Below are positions 33,142 through 44,474 of a stretch of 64,000 nucleotides of DNA, piece after piece. Source of the DNA: Paramoeba atlantica (lineage: Eukaryota; Protista; Discosea); contig CDRNVI010000043.1 of NCBI GenBank assembly GCA_977017575.1, positions 1 to 64,000 on the forward strand. The letters run 5' to 3'. Every line of letters begins with the position of its first letter. Positions within the stretch are counted from its first letter, which is position 1. The notes beneath the pieces were generated by a model, which was not told where the DNA came from, did not search any database, and was given only the letters and a program-made list of their open reading frames with translations. The position numbers and the translations under genes are program-made.

Positions 33142-33840
33142 TTGGAAGGCGGACGGCCCCTGCCTATTAACGTGCAGCCCTTTGGATCTGTAGCGACCTA
33201 CAAGATTGATCCGTATGAACCTGTGACTTGGCCGGGGCATATAGATCAACGCAACGACGACGGCTTTCGAATTAAGGACCTTTTTCGAGAATTAAAGGAA
33301 GCTCCCGAGTATGGTTTGAGATTGAATCAATATTATCAGGACAAATCATTTCAGATGCAACAGGAGCGGAATTTCGATCAGTTGCTGGGAAAGTGGATAT
33401 TGTTGGCACGCCAAACTCCGGGCTGGAATGAAGGTCCGTTTTTGGAGTTGGGGAAAGCGATAATCCAAAGTCTACGTGATGCTTACTGGCGTGCTTGCAA
33501 GGTAGACGTGGAGGCGGTTCACCGAAAAATGGACAAAGATGATCGGGCGCACGACAAATTCTATCAGCATGTAACAGATCAGTTGAGTGAGCGTGAAAAG
33601 CAACGTAGTCGGTACACTTCTTTCTCTGCGCTACGACGAACAGGGACATATTTCGGAGGAGGATCAACAGGTCAATATTCACAATCGTTTCGCCCCTCGT
33701 ACGGAACTTATCGCGCGCAATGTTACAATTGCAGATCACCAGACCATTTGATTAAAGATTGCCCATACAAACGCACATCACCGCCGGATTTTCGTCAGCG
33801 GACGGCTGGCAACGCCCCCCAGGGCGGAAAGTCGTTATGA
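33142..33840 (+). CDS. gag-like ORF1 of YR2 with CCHC zinc knuckle
   Basis: CYNCRSPDHLIKDC; the frame is open upstream to about 33023, so the start is uncertain. Confidence 0.8.
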   Translation: MEGGRPLPINVQPFGSVATYKIDPYEPVTWPGHIDQRNDDGFRIKDLFRELKEAPEYGLRLNQYYQDKSFQMQQERNFDQLLGKWILLARQTPGWNEGPFLELGKAIIQSLRDAYWRACKVDVEAVHRKMDKDDRAHDKFYQHVTDQLSEREKQRSRYTSFSALRRTGTYFGGGSTGQYSQSFRPSYGTYRAQCYNCRSPDHLIKDCPYKRTSPPDFRQRTAGNAPQGGKSL

Positions 33841-34008
33841 AACGCCCGTCCATTAATCGCCAGTGTTCCTCGAGTCACATACACGCGTATAGATCCAGGA
33901 ACGAACATCTCGCATATAATACCCGCCAAACGCGGCAGAAGCAAAGCAGTCAAATACAAGAGGATACATCCAGGGGATCAAAGGGAAAGTGTAGCGAAGA
34001 GAACGCGA

Positions 34009-35423
34009 GTGATACAAGGGGGTGTAAAAAATGTGAAAGACTCGAATGGAAGATCAATTGCTTGTGGAAATTTGTACCAGGGAACATTGAGCCTGGAATG
34101 CAGGAGTGTGGCTCGGAAAAATCTTTTGAGTCTGTTGATGGGTGTAAGCAGGATTACTCCCGAGGTACGCGTGGCATTGGACGCGATGTCCGGAATGTGG
34201 AGCTCGTCGACGTGGGAGACACGAGCAAGGTTGTGGGAAAGGTTCCTGGTATATTGCACCGGGAATCATATAAGACAGACACCCCTTCACGCAGTGACGT
34301 TCGTGCAACTTCTGCCAGTGTCAATACAAACCAAGGTGTAATAGTTCACGTTTTGAAATTTAGCCGAGGGGCGGCTATATATTTGCCTGCTGGCCCTTCG
34401 GGGCACATAATTTTCTCAAATTATGATGTAGTATTCTCTAATTGCATGGAGGGGGGTGTTTACTCGTTTGTTATATTCTTGTTAGGTTGTTATTTTGTTA
34501 CGTTTAAAGTTTTGTGCCCACCCACCGAGCCCCCAGCCATTTGGCCGAGGGTTCCGGTGGGGGGGAACCCCGTTAACAGAGTGACATTGATTGTGTTGTT
34601 TTATGCAGGCTTGTTTCTTTTCCATCTTTGTGCGTGTGAAATGAATGAATGATATGTTGTGTCATTTTGAATTACGATTGAGCTATTCATAGTTGTTCAT
34701 TTATTCATATATGTTATCAGTGTATATGTTTCCAGGGAGCCCCTCGGCGTGGATTTCTCCTACGGAAGGGGGCTAATGACCTTATTCAACCTGATCGGAT
34801 TAAATACTGTCCCAATAAAATTCTTTTGCAAAGCTCTTCAGGCACAAGGAGCAGAGGAGCCAGTACATCAGATGCAGCCGTTGACACCATTCCTACTGAA
34901 CAAGATACGAAGAAGGTGCGCCCAATCCGAAAGTCAAACATTGCTGATGTGCTGGAAGGCAGCATCCCGTTGGTCCGAAACCGCCAATTTGACCAAGGAC
35001 AAATTCGTGGAAATATCACCGCAAAAGGTTGTAATTGCTTGGGGAAGGGGGACAAAGGCTACAAGGTGCAACCCGTGGCGCGAATCGATGTACACAGTCA
35101 TCCAGGGCCAGGGCACAATCGAATTGGCTCAATACGTACGTACGCTCAGGTCATGGGATCGAATGTGCCGGACAAATGTGAGAGAGATGGACAGGAACAT
35201 AAAGAGGGTTCTGGGAGAGGGTTTCGGCACACATTCCGCCAAGAGAGGAGCGGTAACGCAATTATTCCAGGAAGTTGTCAAGGGGACAGTGGGAATCGAA
35301 GATGTGAAAAAATTAGCGAAGCACCAGCAGATCGAGTCCCTGTTGCGTTACAATTCAAACCCAGTTACCACCGCGCTAGCTCTAGGAACGGGGAAGGCGA
35401 CAGCCAAACTGAGGACGCTTTAG
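34009..35423 (+). pseudogene. Tyrosine recombinase of YR2, split by a 419-bp SIRE-like insert
   Basis: IQTKV|SYGRGL joins in frame; KAASRWSE, HSAKRGA and KHQQIESLLRY motifs. Confidence 0.9.
34339..34757 (+). mobile_element. 419-bp non-autonomous derivative of YR2 (left end plus right end), no TSD
   Basis: 34339-34511 matches 32846-33017 and about 34540-34757 matches about 37589-37805. Termini are identical to YR2. Confidence 0.92.
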
Positions 35424-35425
35424 CA

Positions 35426-37072
35426 ATGAAGGAGTTATTTCGAGAATATTTGCGGGACATGCCGCAGGAAAAGCATCGATACACGATTGTACGTACCAGA
35501 CGTACGACAAAATTGGCCACGGAGGAAGATTTAAAGCTACCACTGCACGTAAAGAAAATTCCCAAAATGGATGTCAATGAAATTGAGAACATGATGAATG
35601 GAAGTACAAGAAACCGGTTTAGAGAAACGTTGAATACTTTGTTGGATCGGAGGAAGAAACCCGATAGTGAGCCAAAGGTAAATCCACGATTGAACATGGA
35701 AGATATTAGTCATTTGCTAGACGCACGTATTGTTTCGCGTGTTTCCCCTGAGGAGGAGAACAAAAGACCATCCAATCAATGGGTGATACCGTTCACAGTA
35801 GTTGAGCCTGCGGACGATAAAGGGGAAACGGAGAGGCGGCGCTTCATAGCCTGGACGAAGGAGGATAATGAGCGAATTAAGAACGAGTACATGCCGCACG
35901 TCCCGTTAAAACACGCGGCTTATTATCTCCATCGAGCGCAGGAAGCTTTTGGTGTGAAGCGTGACCTGACATGTGGATTTTATCAAGTACCGATTCCGGT
36001 AGCAAGTAGAACAAAATTTCGATTTCGCGCAGTAAACGGTGAGTTGTTTGAACTTAATGTGATGCCAATGGGGCACCGGTGCGCCCCGGAACTGATGCAC
36101 ACCATTACATCCACAATCGCAGGAGATCCGGAGTATTGCAGAGCCGAGACGGCGTATACAGAACAGTTTAAGGTCGATGTATATGTGGATGGATTGAGAA
36201 GTGCAGGTTCACTAGACCAAGTTCAGCAGTATACGGAATTTGTGGAAACTCGCGCGGAGAAAGTTAACGCCACGTTTAAGGATAAAGAAAAGGAGCCCAT
36301 GAAGCAGTATGTTTTTAATGGCGTGGAATACAGCCATACCGAAGGTAAGGTAAGAATGGGACCGAGGATCGTGAAAAAGATGCAAGGCGATACTTTTCGG
36401 AATGCAACGTACGGAAAACTAGAATCAGCTGTGGGTAGATTAGTCCATGCATCAGCAGTACTGGGAGAACCCGTTGCCAATTACCACTTCACCTTAAAAT
36501 TAGTGCGGCGCCGTATAAATGCGTTAAACAATGATCCGACATTATTGGATGTGAAGGTTCATCTTCCCCCCAATGTAACCATGGACTTGACGCGATGGAA
36601 GAAAAAGTTGATTTCAAACATATTCGTGGCGCCGCCGCCTCATCCCGACACTGTACCACATAGCCACGTTTTGTATACGGACGCTTCGTCAAAAGGTTGG
36701 GGAGGAATAATATATTTGGACCACGGTTCCGTGATATGTGTGGGAGGTCGCTGGGAAGATGATTTCGATTATGAAGTCAATCGAGCGGAGACGAGGGCCG
36801 TTCGTCTCGCGTTCGAGAAATTGTCGCACCATTTTCAACGAGGTACCTGCGTAGACCTATTTATTGATAATACATCATGCTTAGCTTCCATATGCAAAAA
36901 ATCGACCAAATCGGATGGAATAAATATCGAATTGATAGGTTTACTTAAGTTTTTAAAGAGACAGGGTATAATAGTACAGCCGCATTACATTCCGTCAAAA
37001 CTGAACCCTGCGGATCCAATAAGCCGAGGAGGATGGGATTGCGACAATGTGGCGAAAGGGGTGAAAGATTGA
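35426..37072 (+). CDS. RT-RNase H of YR2
   Basis: RRRFIAW, DLTCGFYQVP, MPMGH, VYVDG; LYTDASSKGWGG, AETRAV, FIDN and NPADPISR. Confidence 0.92.
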   Translation: MKELFREYLRDMPQEKHRYTIVRTRRTTKLATEEDLKLPLHVKKIPKMDVNEIENMMNGSTRNRFRETLNTLLDRRKKPDSEPKVNPRLNMEDISHLLDARIVSRVSPEEENKRPSNQWVIPFTVVEPADDKGETERRRFIAWTKEDNERIKNEYMPHVPLKHAAYYLHRAQEAFGVKRDLTCGFYQVPIPVASRTKFRFRAVNGELFELNVMPMGHRCAPELMHTITSTIAGDPEYCRAETAYTEQFKVDVYVDGLRSAGSLDQVQQYTEFVETRAEKVNATFKDKEKEPMKQYVFNGVEYSHTEGKVRMGPRIVKKMQGDTFRNATYGKLESAVGRLVHASAVLGEPVANYHFTLKLVRRRINALNNDPTLLDVKVHLPPNVTMDLTRWKKKLISNIFVAPPPHPDTVPHSHVLYTDASSKGWGGIIYLDHGSVICVGGRWEDDFDYEVNRAETRAVRLAFEKLSHHFQRGTCVDLFIDNTSCLASICKKSTKSDGINIELIGLLKFLKRQGIIVQPHYIPSKLNPADPISRGGWDCDNVAKGVKD

Positions 37073-37931
37073 CTGGCGAAAGGGTGGTCCCCGCGTGGAC
37101 ACCCGTTCGAGAAAGGGAGGGAAGGGAGTTCTCTCCAGGAAAAAGTTCATGAGGTATATAAAATAGATTTGATACTTACTTCGCGAAGTTGATATTACAG
37201 TACTGGTGAAGATAATGTCTTTTACTCTGTTGTCCATGATGGATGTTATATTTCGGTAGCTCTGTAGTTCTACAGATTAAACATTACAGTTTACATACGC
37301 TTACTATATCTGATTGACTATATGTTTTTCTTCCGGAAGTGCAATTCTAAAAGTTTACGAAAAGAATTGTACAATGGAAATTTTGATTTCTGAGAATTAT
37401 ATTTACGTTAGTTGGCCGACGGGCATTGTACGTTTGTTATTCATAAACTAGTTTATATAGTGACACAAAGCATTATACAGTGAACTGGTAATAGAGCGCG
37501 TTTTTATCCTTTGAAACTTTTTGCCCCACCCACCAACCCCCAAACCACTCCCCGCGTGGACACCCACTATCCCATACCGCCAAGCAGGTTGGCCGAGGGT
37601 TCCGGTGGGGGGGAACCCCGTTAACAGAGTGACATTGATTGTGTTGTTTTATGCAGGCTTGTTTCTTTTCCATCTTTGTGCGTGTGAAATGAATGAATGA
37701 TATGTTGTGTCATTTTGAATTACGATTGAGCTATTCATAGTTGTTCATTTATTCATATATGTTATCAGTGTATATGTTTCCAGGGAGCCCCTCGGCGTGG
37801 ATTTCCTGTCGGAAGCCCCATTCGATCACACATTCTGTACCCTTGCCCCACTTGGAAACGATGTTGTACACTTGGTCGGGCGATTTGTTGCCGGCGATTT
37901 GTTGTTTTTTTTTTACTTTTACTTAATAGGA

Positions 37932-40900
37932 ATGTTCACGCGTAGCAGAGCCAAAGAGACGGGAGTAGCTCCTGTCGTTGAGCCCTTGCCGGCGAATCGT
38001 AGAAAGAAGAAATCCATTGGACAACCGGCGCCACCGCTAGCGCCACCGCCTGCGCCATCACCTGCGCCACCGCCCACGACACCTCCCCCGTCACCGCCGG
38101 CACAACCATCATTCACTGCTCCGCCGTGCGCCACGTCACCCCCTCTTCCCGCTTCGATGGTTACTACGCCGCTTCCTCCGCGCGTTGCGACGTCTCCCAA
38201 TGCACTTCCGCCGCCTCTTCCGCCACCGCCTGCGCCATCGCCCGCGCCATCACCTGCGCCACCGCCCGCGCCACCTCCCCCGTCACCGCCGGCACAACCA
38301 TCTTTCACTGCTCCGCCGTGCGCTACGTCATCCCCTCTTCCCGCTGCGATGGATACTGCATCGTTTCCTCCGCGCATTGCGACGTCTCCCAATGCACCTC
38401 CACCGCCTCTTCCGTTGCTACTTTCACCGCCATCTTCGCCGATACACAGCCAGGCGTCATCTCCACAGTCTCTCGAAACTCCCTCAATGACACGCCCAAG
38501 CATGCACACGTCGGCTAGGCGAGCCCAAACGAGAGCGCTCAATTACCGACGTAGCAGCAACTTAACTGTTGGGGTTACATCGGCAGAGTCTGGGGTTACG
38601 TCGACGACGGATACCACAGCGCTTAGCGTACCGACGGTACCCAGAACAAGGAAAATCCGATTTGCTACCTCGACGAACGGAAAAACTACGAAAGAAGCCG
38701 TAACTACGACAGCAAACGAATCAACAAACGAATCAGAGTGGGGGAATCGTTTGAAGCAAACTTGCGCAGTAGCGGCTTCTGCTCTTGTAACGGCGACCAA
38801 CGCCATGTCCGGAGCGATGTTTAACTATGAAAAATCCCATTACCAGAAGAACGCCACGTATATACCGATACCTTCCAAGGGAGTGTCATTCAACGGCGAA
38901 GGATATGTACACGACGTGCGGGCATTCGACATATTTGCAGACAATCCGTTGCAAGATGACGCGTTCCCATCAGTTAGCAGCGGGACCACACAGCCGCTCG
39001 CACCAAGCCCGCAGACTACACCCGGAAATTCTCGTGGGGAGGTTACAGCGGGAACTTTTAGCAATGCAACCTTGCTCTCAGACACCCCGAACGGTGGAAA
39101 CGTGAGGAATTTGGAAGCATGTACCGTGGAAAGGAACGACGCTAGAATCGTGCCGGGATCTCTTCCATCCCCGGTTCCCATCGCATCCGAGTTCCTGGAC
39201 TGCGAATCGCCAATACATATACTTTCCGACTCTGGAGACAACGCAAATACCAACCTTGTCGAAGATCCAGTACATCAGTTTTTCAGTGAAACGCCAGACT
39301 TTCCAAGAGTCGCGTCACAATTCCGTCATATCGACCCCAAGGTTCATTTTCCTATCCCTCCAGACGAGCTGTACGACGCAACCCTTCACGCAAAAGTGGG
39401 AGACCGATGCATTTTGGCTTGGAGCTTTGATTGTTCGCCAAGCCTCAACATATCACAAGGAATCGTTAAAGCGTCGCAGAAAAGAAAGCACTTGAACAAA
39501 TGGACCATGGAGTATGTGGGGATTGTGGGACACAAGATCGGAACAACCTTCACTGGTCATATTCCCCCGCAAGCAAACGTTCGCGTCTTTAAGATCGTGT
39601 GGGAAAATAACACACATCAGGAAAGTGATCCTGGAAGTATAAAAAGCTGCCGGTCTGAAGAAAGAATTAACCGGGCGCTTCGCGTTAATTATCAACACAC
39701 AGAAAACGACCTAGATCTTGAGCCCATGCCTACTCTGCGATCAGTTGCACCGGAATTCATTCCTTGCGTAGTTGCAATTTACCGAGACATCGTTCGAGAT
39801 TACGCAGAATCCCCATACCCACAAAGGAACCGCATATGGCATCGAACGTTATCAGCCATGAAATATTCTCTTGCCACAATTCGGAAGGCAACGGCGAAAC
39901 GACGTCGACGTCGCCCGCGCGATTTTTCGTCATTGCAAGACGGCGAATCTCAAAACGGACACACCTCCACCGCCAACGGACCACGTCTTATAGATGACAA
40001 ACGGGCCATCAAGAAAGCAACTAGTCTGGCATTAGACGGGTGTGTTTCCAAAGCGTCCCGAGTTATTAACCAGGAAATTACACCACGAACACTCAGCGAC
40101 TCGGAAACCATTGAAAAACTTCGTGCTTTGCATCCAGATCTCCCCACCACATTTCGCCTCCCGCAAGATGCTCCGATGACAGCGTGTATTACGCCTGTCG
40201 AGCTTCGGGAGGCCGGAAGACGCATGGCCAAAGGGGCGGCGCCAGGACCAACAGGCACAACGGATTCAATTTTGCGCATCCTGTTAGACGACGAGGTGTG
40301 CTCGTTAAGTTTGTGTCACATGATTACCGACCTGATTAATGGATCACTGTCTGAAGAAGTAATGAAACGCGTGAAGAGAGCGCGACTTGTAGCGATTCCC
40401 AAACCTGGAAACGGAATTCGTCCAATCGCTGTGGGGGAGGTCTGGTTGAAGCTTGCCGAAATCGTCCTTCTGCAGCGGCACGAGAAACAGCTTGTCCCGC
40501 TCTTTGCGCCTTATCAGTTTGGTGTTATGATAAAGTCTGGCTGCGAGCATGTCGTGCATAAGCTTAACGAGAAATACACAGAGGGATGCGCCATTCTGGC
40601 TATTGATCTCAGAAACGCCTTCAATTCACCAGCCAGGGATGAAATTGCAAGAGCCGTGTTCGGATTCCACGGTCTCCGCCCCTTTCAGCGTCTCTTTAAT
40701 GCCGAATACTCCAGTCCATCAGAACTTCTTTATTACGGGAGCAACGGCAATCTTGGAGCCACCTTGAAAAGTTCAGCCGGGGTGAGGCAGGGGTCGCCGT
40801 TGTCCACGATTATGTTCTGCGCGTTTATGCAACCAATTTTAGAGATCGTTGCTTCAGAATTCCCGGCACTTCGCTTATACGCCTACATCGACGACATCAG

Positions 40901-42158
40901 CTTCGCATCAAAGGACTCAGAACTAATTGCCAACGCTTACAACCGTCTTCGAGTTTTATTGACTGCTAAGCTAGTGGAATTATCCCCAACAAAATGCGTC
41001 TGGTTTGAAGGCATCGAAAGAATCCCCATTCCGCACGTCTTGCAGGAGGCGGGAGTTTTATCCGAAAGCCGGGCTACCAAAATTTTGGGGGCCTTCGTCG
41101 GAGAGAAAGAAAGCGTTAGCGAAAAATTAGTCCAAAAAGTTGTGAAGCATCAAGCAGCTTTCCGGCGCCTACAGCACATGGGGGCCAGCAACGTCTCTAT
41201 CGTTTTACTATCGCACTGCGTGAATATGCGTCACAGGTACGACATACGCGTGCATCATCCTGATGCGTCTTTGGAACTCAGTCGGCAGTTTGATTCCCAG
41301 GTGGCAAACACGCTATGTTCATGGTTCGGGAACCTCAACGAAGACCAAATATCATGGATGAGGCTACCACTGAAGAAAGGAGGACTCGGGCTCACCCCAA
41401 CTGAACCGATTCGCGAGGCAGCGTTCTTCAAATCCAAACGAGCAGCTATGGAGCGACCAATTCATCTTTCAGCTCCCGCTACTCTAATGGATTTGCCAGC
41501 GCTGAACTCGCTCTCCAGCCAACGACCTCTCACTGATGAAGCGGTTACGGAAGAAGTCCACCACAATGCAGTGCGCGAGTCTTTGATGAAAGACAAGGGT
41601 CAGGCTGATATCATTCGTGTGGCCAGTGCGAAAGGGAATTACAATTGGCTCACCGCTTGCACCAAATTCATTCCTTCGCGACTTTTCACGTTGGCGATAA
41701 TGCCCCGTTTCGGAATAGAGCATCCGTTGCTACCATCGAAGGTACAATGTCCTGGGTGCCACGTTCTCCTCACCTCCAGCAGCGCAATTGCTCACGTGTC
41801 CGGATGCGTTAAATGCTCTGGGATTAACGCTACCACAAAACACAACAGAATGGTGCGTCAACTCTATGCGCTATGTATTAAGGCCGGCATTCCCTGCGAG
41901 CTCGAACCTAGACAATTCGCGACATACACCTGCGGAAAGTGCGGTACCACTGTTGACGGTGAAAATAAAGCGTCACACCAAAGGACTTGCGGATCTGGTT
42001 CATTCCACCATTCCGGGCCAGATTTAGTCATCCATTGGGCAGACGGGGACATCTTTTATGATTTTACCGTCATACACGAGCTTTCACAATCCAACATCAA
42101 ACGCAGCGGCGCAATTCTCATGCGAGACGCTATCAAGCGTAAGATTAACCGGTACGTC
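37932..42158 (+). CDS. Nearly full-length CRE family A polyprotein, truncated at the extreme C-terminus by the next element
   Basis: MFTRSRAKE start, Pro-rich region, W-rich domain, RT (GVRQGSPL, AYIDD), CCHC and SGPDL. The upstream ORF-track extension from 37797 lies in unrelated sequence. Confidence 0.92.
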
Positions 42159-42175
42159 GTTTCTGTACCTTGTTG
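42159..42175 (+). other. 5'-truncated SL exon-like sequence GTTTCTGTACCTTGTTG
   Basis: Exact match to the last 17 nt of the copies at 2802 and 50834, located 26 nt before an element ATG. Confidence 0.8.
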
Positions 42176-44385
42176 GTTTTTTTTATAACAATTTAATCAC
42201 TATGACACGCCCTGCTCGGGGAACCGCCAACACACCGAAGAGCATGAGTGTGAAGTCTGGTCGTGTAACTGTAAAAATACGGACGCAAGACGCGAGCAGC
42301 AAAGAAAAGATTGTAAAAAGCGATGCAGTAATTAAGAATTCTTCCACGGAAAAGCCGAAGAAAACACCACGCATCCGAGTCATTGGAGCCGAACCTTTAT
42401 CGAAGAACTGGGTCGATCACGGAACACCCACCATTACCCCGGTAAAGAACATCATCAAAATTACTCCGCAAAAATTTAAAATGGTCTCGAACCAAGAAAA
42501 CTCTGGAAACGCACGCGAAATCAACACACAATTTTCGTTTCCAACAGCTGAAAACGGGCAAGAGAGTGACATCGAAAGTGAGCGTGATCAAATGACGCTA
42601 GACAGTGATTCCGACGCTGATCAGGGAGAAATGGCGATGCGAAACAACAGCACAAAAGCAGCAGATCAAGTTCACAACACCGTAGCGAAATGGGGGAAAG
42701 GCACTGAATGCGTAATAGAATGGGGGTTTCGGCAGAATTCAGAGAGCTACAAGTCGAAAGGGACTGTTGTTGGACGAACCGCGCGAAAAGGCAATGTTAA
42801 AATTAAAGTATCCTACGTACCAGCCTTAGGAAACCAAGGACCCAGCGGCGTCTTATACCTTCCATAGTCGGACAAAATCAAAATCTACAGTCTTCGGGCG
42901 ACGAAACTTCTTCAAGTGGAGACGGCGATCCAGAACCTGGAGGAGGAATCAGAAAATGTCTCGTCTGACGACAGTGGCTGCGATCTCGACCCCCTCCCGG
43001 ACCTTCCCAACATCGAGCCATCCTTCGCGGTGCATGTGGTAGCAATCTTCCGTGCGATTATCCGAGGCTATGCCACTGTTGAACTTGATTCTGAGAAAGC
43101 AGCGATCTGGCACAAATTTATGAATGCGCCGCGAGACTCACTTGCTACAGTGCGGGATGCAATTAGAAGAACCCAAAGAGTGGGACACGTGCGAAAGGAA
43201 CGTAACGAGCTATCAGATGGCATAAATCTAAGTGCAGAACAACGAGCCGAACTAGAAATCGACAGGCGCGCGATCCGAAACGCGTTGCGAACAGCCAAAG
43301 CAGGGAATCTGGGGAAAGCCACTCGAATTCTAGATAACATTTACAAGGACTCCACTCTTTCGGCCGAAGAAAAATTTCAGAAACTACGAGAATTGCATCC
43401 TGTTGGACCCCCTATCCAAATACCGGAAGCTGACTTCCCACGCATCGGAGTTGTTGAAAGTTCGGAACTTCGTCTGGCAGTTGAGAAATTGGCTCGTGGA
43501 GCTTCCCCCGGACCAAGCGGGCTAAGTGAGAGTATGATGCGGTTGCTTGTAGACGATGATGTATCATGCCTTTCACTGTGCCACATGATTCGAGATGTAA
43601 TCAACGGAGAAGTTCCACTAAGCGTCCGGAAGCGCCTTACTCGCTGCAGAATCATCGCCCTACCAAAGCCGCAGAACGGGATACGGCCAGTTGCCATGGG
43701 AGACACTATTTTGAAAATCTGTGGATCTATTCTACTGCAGCGACATGAAACCACCTTGAAGACATTCTTTGCGCCAATTCAACGAGGAGTCCTACACAAA
43801 AATGCCTGCGAATCCATCGTCCACGAACTGCTTCAAGAATACGAGGACGGACATGCGTTGCTTACGGTAGATTTCAGCAATGCGTATAATACCCCGCGAC
43901 GCGATGCCATTGCACAAACACTGGTAAGCAATCCCATATTCAAACCTTTCCTGCGCCTGTTCTACTTTGAGTATGGGCTACCTTCGGAGCTCCTCTTCTT
44001 CGCGCATAATGCCCTCTACGCTGTCTTGGAAAGTTCTTCCGGAATCCGCCAAGGTTCAGCTCTATCCTCCATGTACTTCTGTGCCCTTCTACAAAGCCCA
44101 ATACGAGAAGTAGCCAGCCTATATCCCGACGTAACGATCAGGGCATACCAGGATGACGTGACCCTAAGCTCGAAAAACGTGTTGTCACTTGAGGCAGCGT
44201 TCTTGCACTTGCGCGAACTTACCAGTGATCTTAACCTGCATGTCAAGTTTCAGAAATGTGAATGGTTCCAAAAGAATACTACATTTGATGACGAACTATT
44301 GTCTCTGAACCGCTTAGGCGTTAACTCCCGGAATGATGCGCTTAAAATATTGGGAGCGTACATAGGAGCAAATGAGGTGTTAAAA

Positions 44386-44474
44386 ATTGTAAATTTTATT
44401 AAGCTTGTAAATTTTATTAAGCTTGTAAATTTTATTAAGCTTGTAAATTTTATTAAGCTTGTAAATTTTATTAA
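44386..44474 (+). repeat. 18-bp tandem repeat (GCTTGTAAATTTTATTAA)x~5
   Basis: Read directly between the left TSD and the ORF start. Confidence 0.95.

Larger units (their letters stand above)
32846..37805 (+). mobile_element. Complete VIPER-like tyrosine-recombinase retroelement YR2 (4541 bp without its internal insert), no TSD
   Basis: Ends are TAATAGTTCACG…GGCGTGGATTTC, gene order is gag-YR-RT/RH, and excision restores the host frame precisely. Confidence 0.92.
32575..37900 (-). pseudogene. Fragment of a CRE YQDD-family N-terminal region (32575-32845 plus 37806-37900), split by YR2
   Basis: KWGKGTECVIEWGFRQ|NITNYKSNGIVVGRTVRK joins exactly and aligns with the 42202 protein. Confidence 0.88.

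Noticed and set aside
37830-37846. CATTCTGTACCCTTG as a degenerate SL upstream of the 37932 element
   Set aside because: It is the antisense of the coding sequence KGTEC in the minus-strand CRE fragment, so the match is by chance.
18700-42867. In-frame TAG codons at about 18702 and 42865 as stop-codon reassignment
   Set aside because: The homologous residues differ (Leu versus Pro), and TAG terminates other intact ORFs. These are ordinary nonsense mutations.
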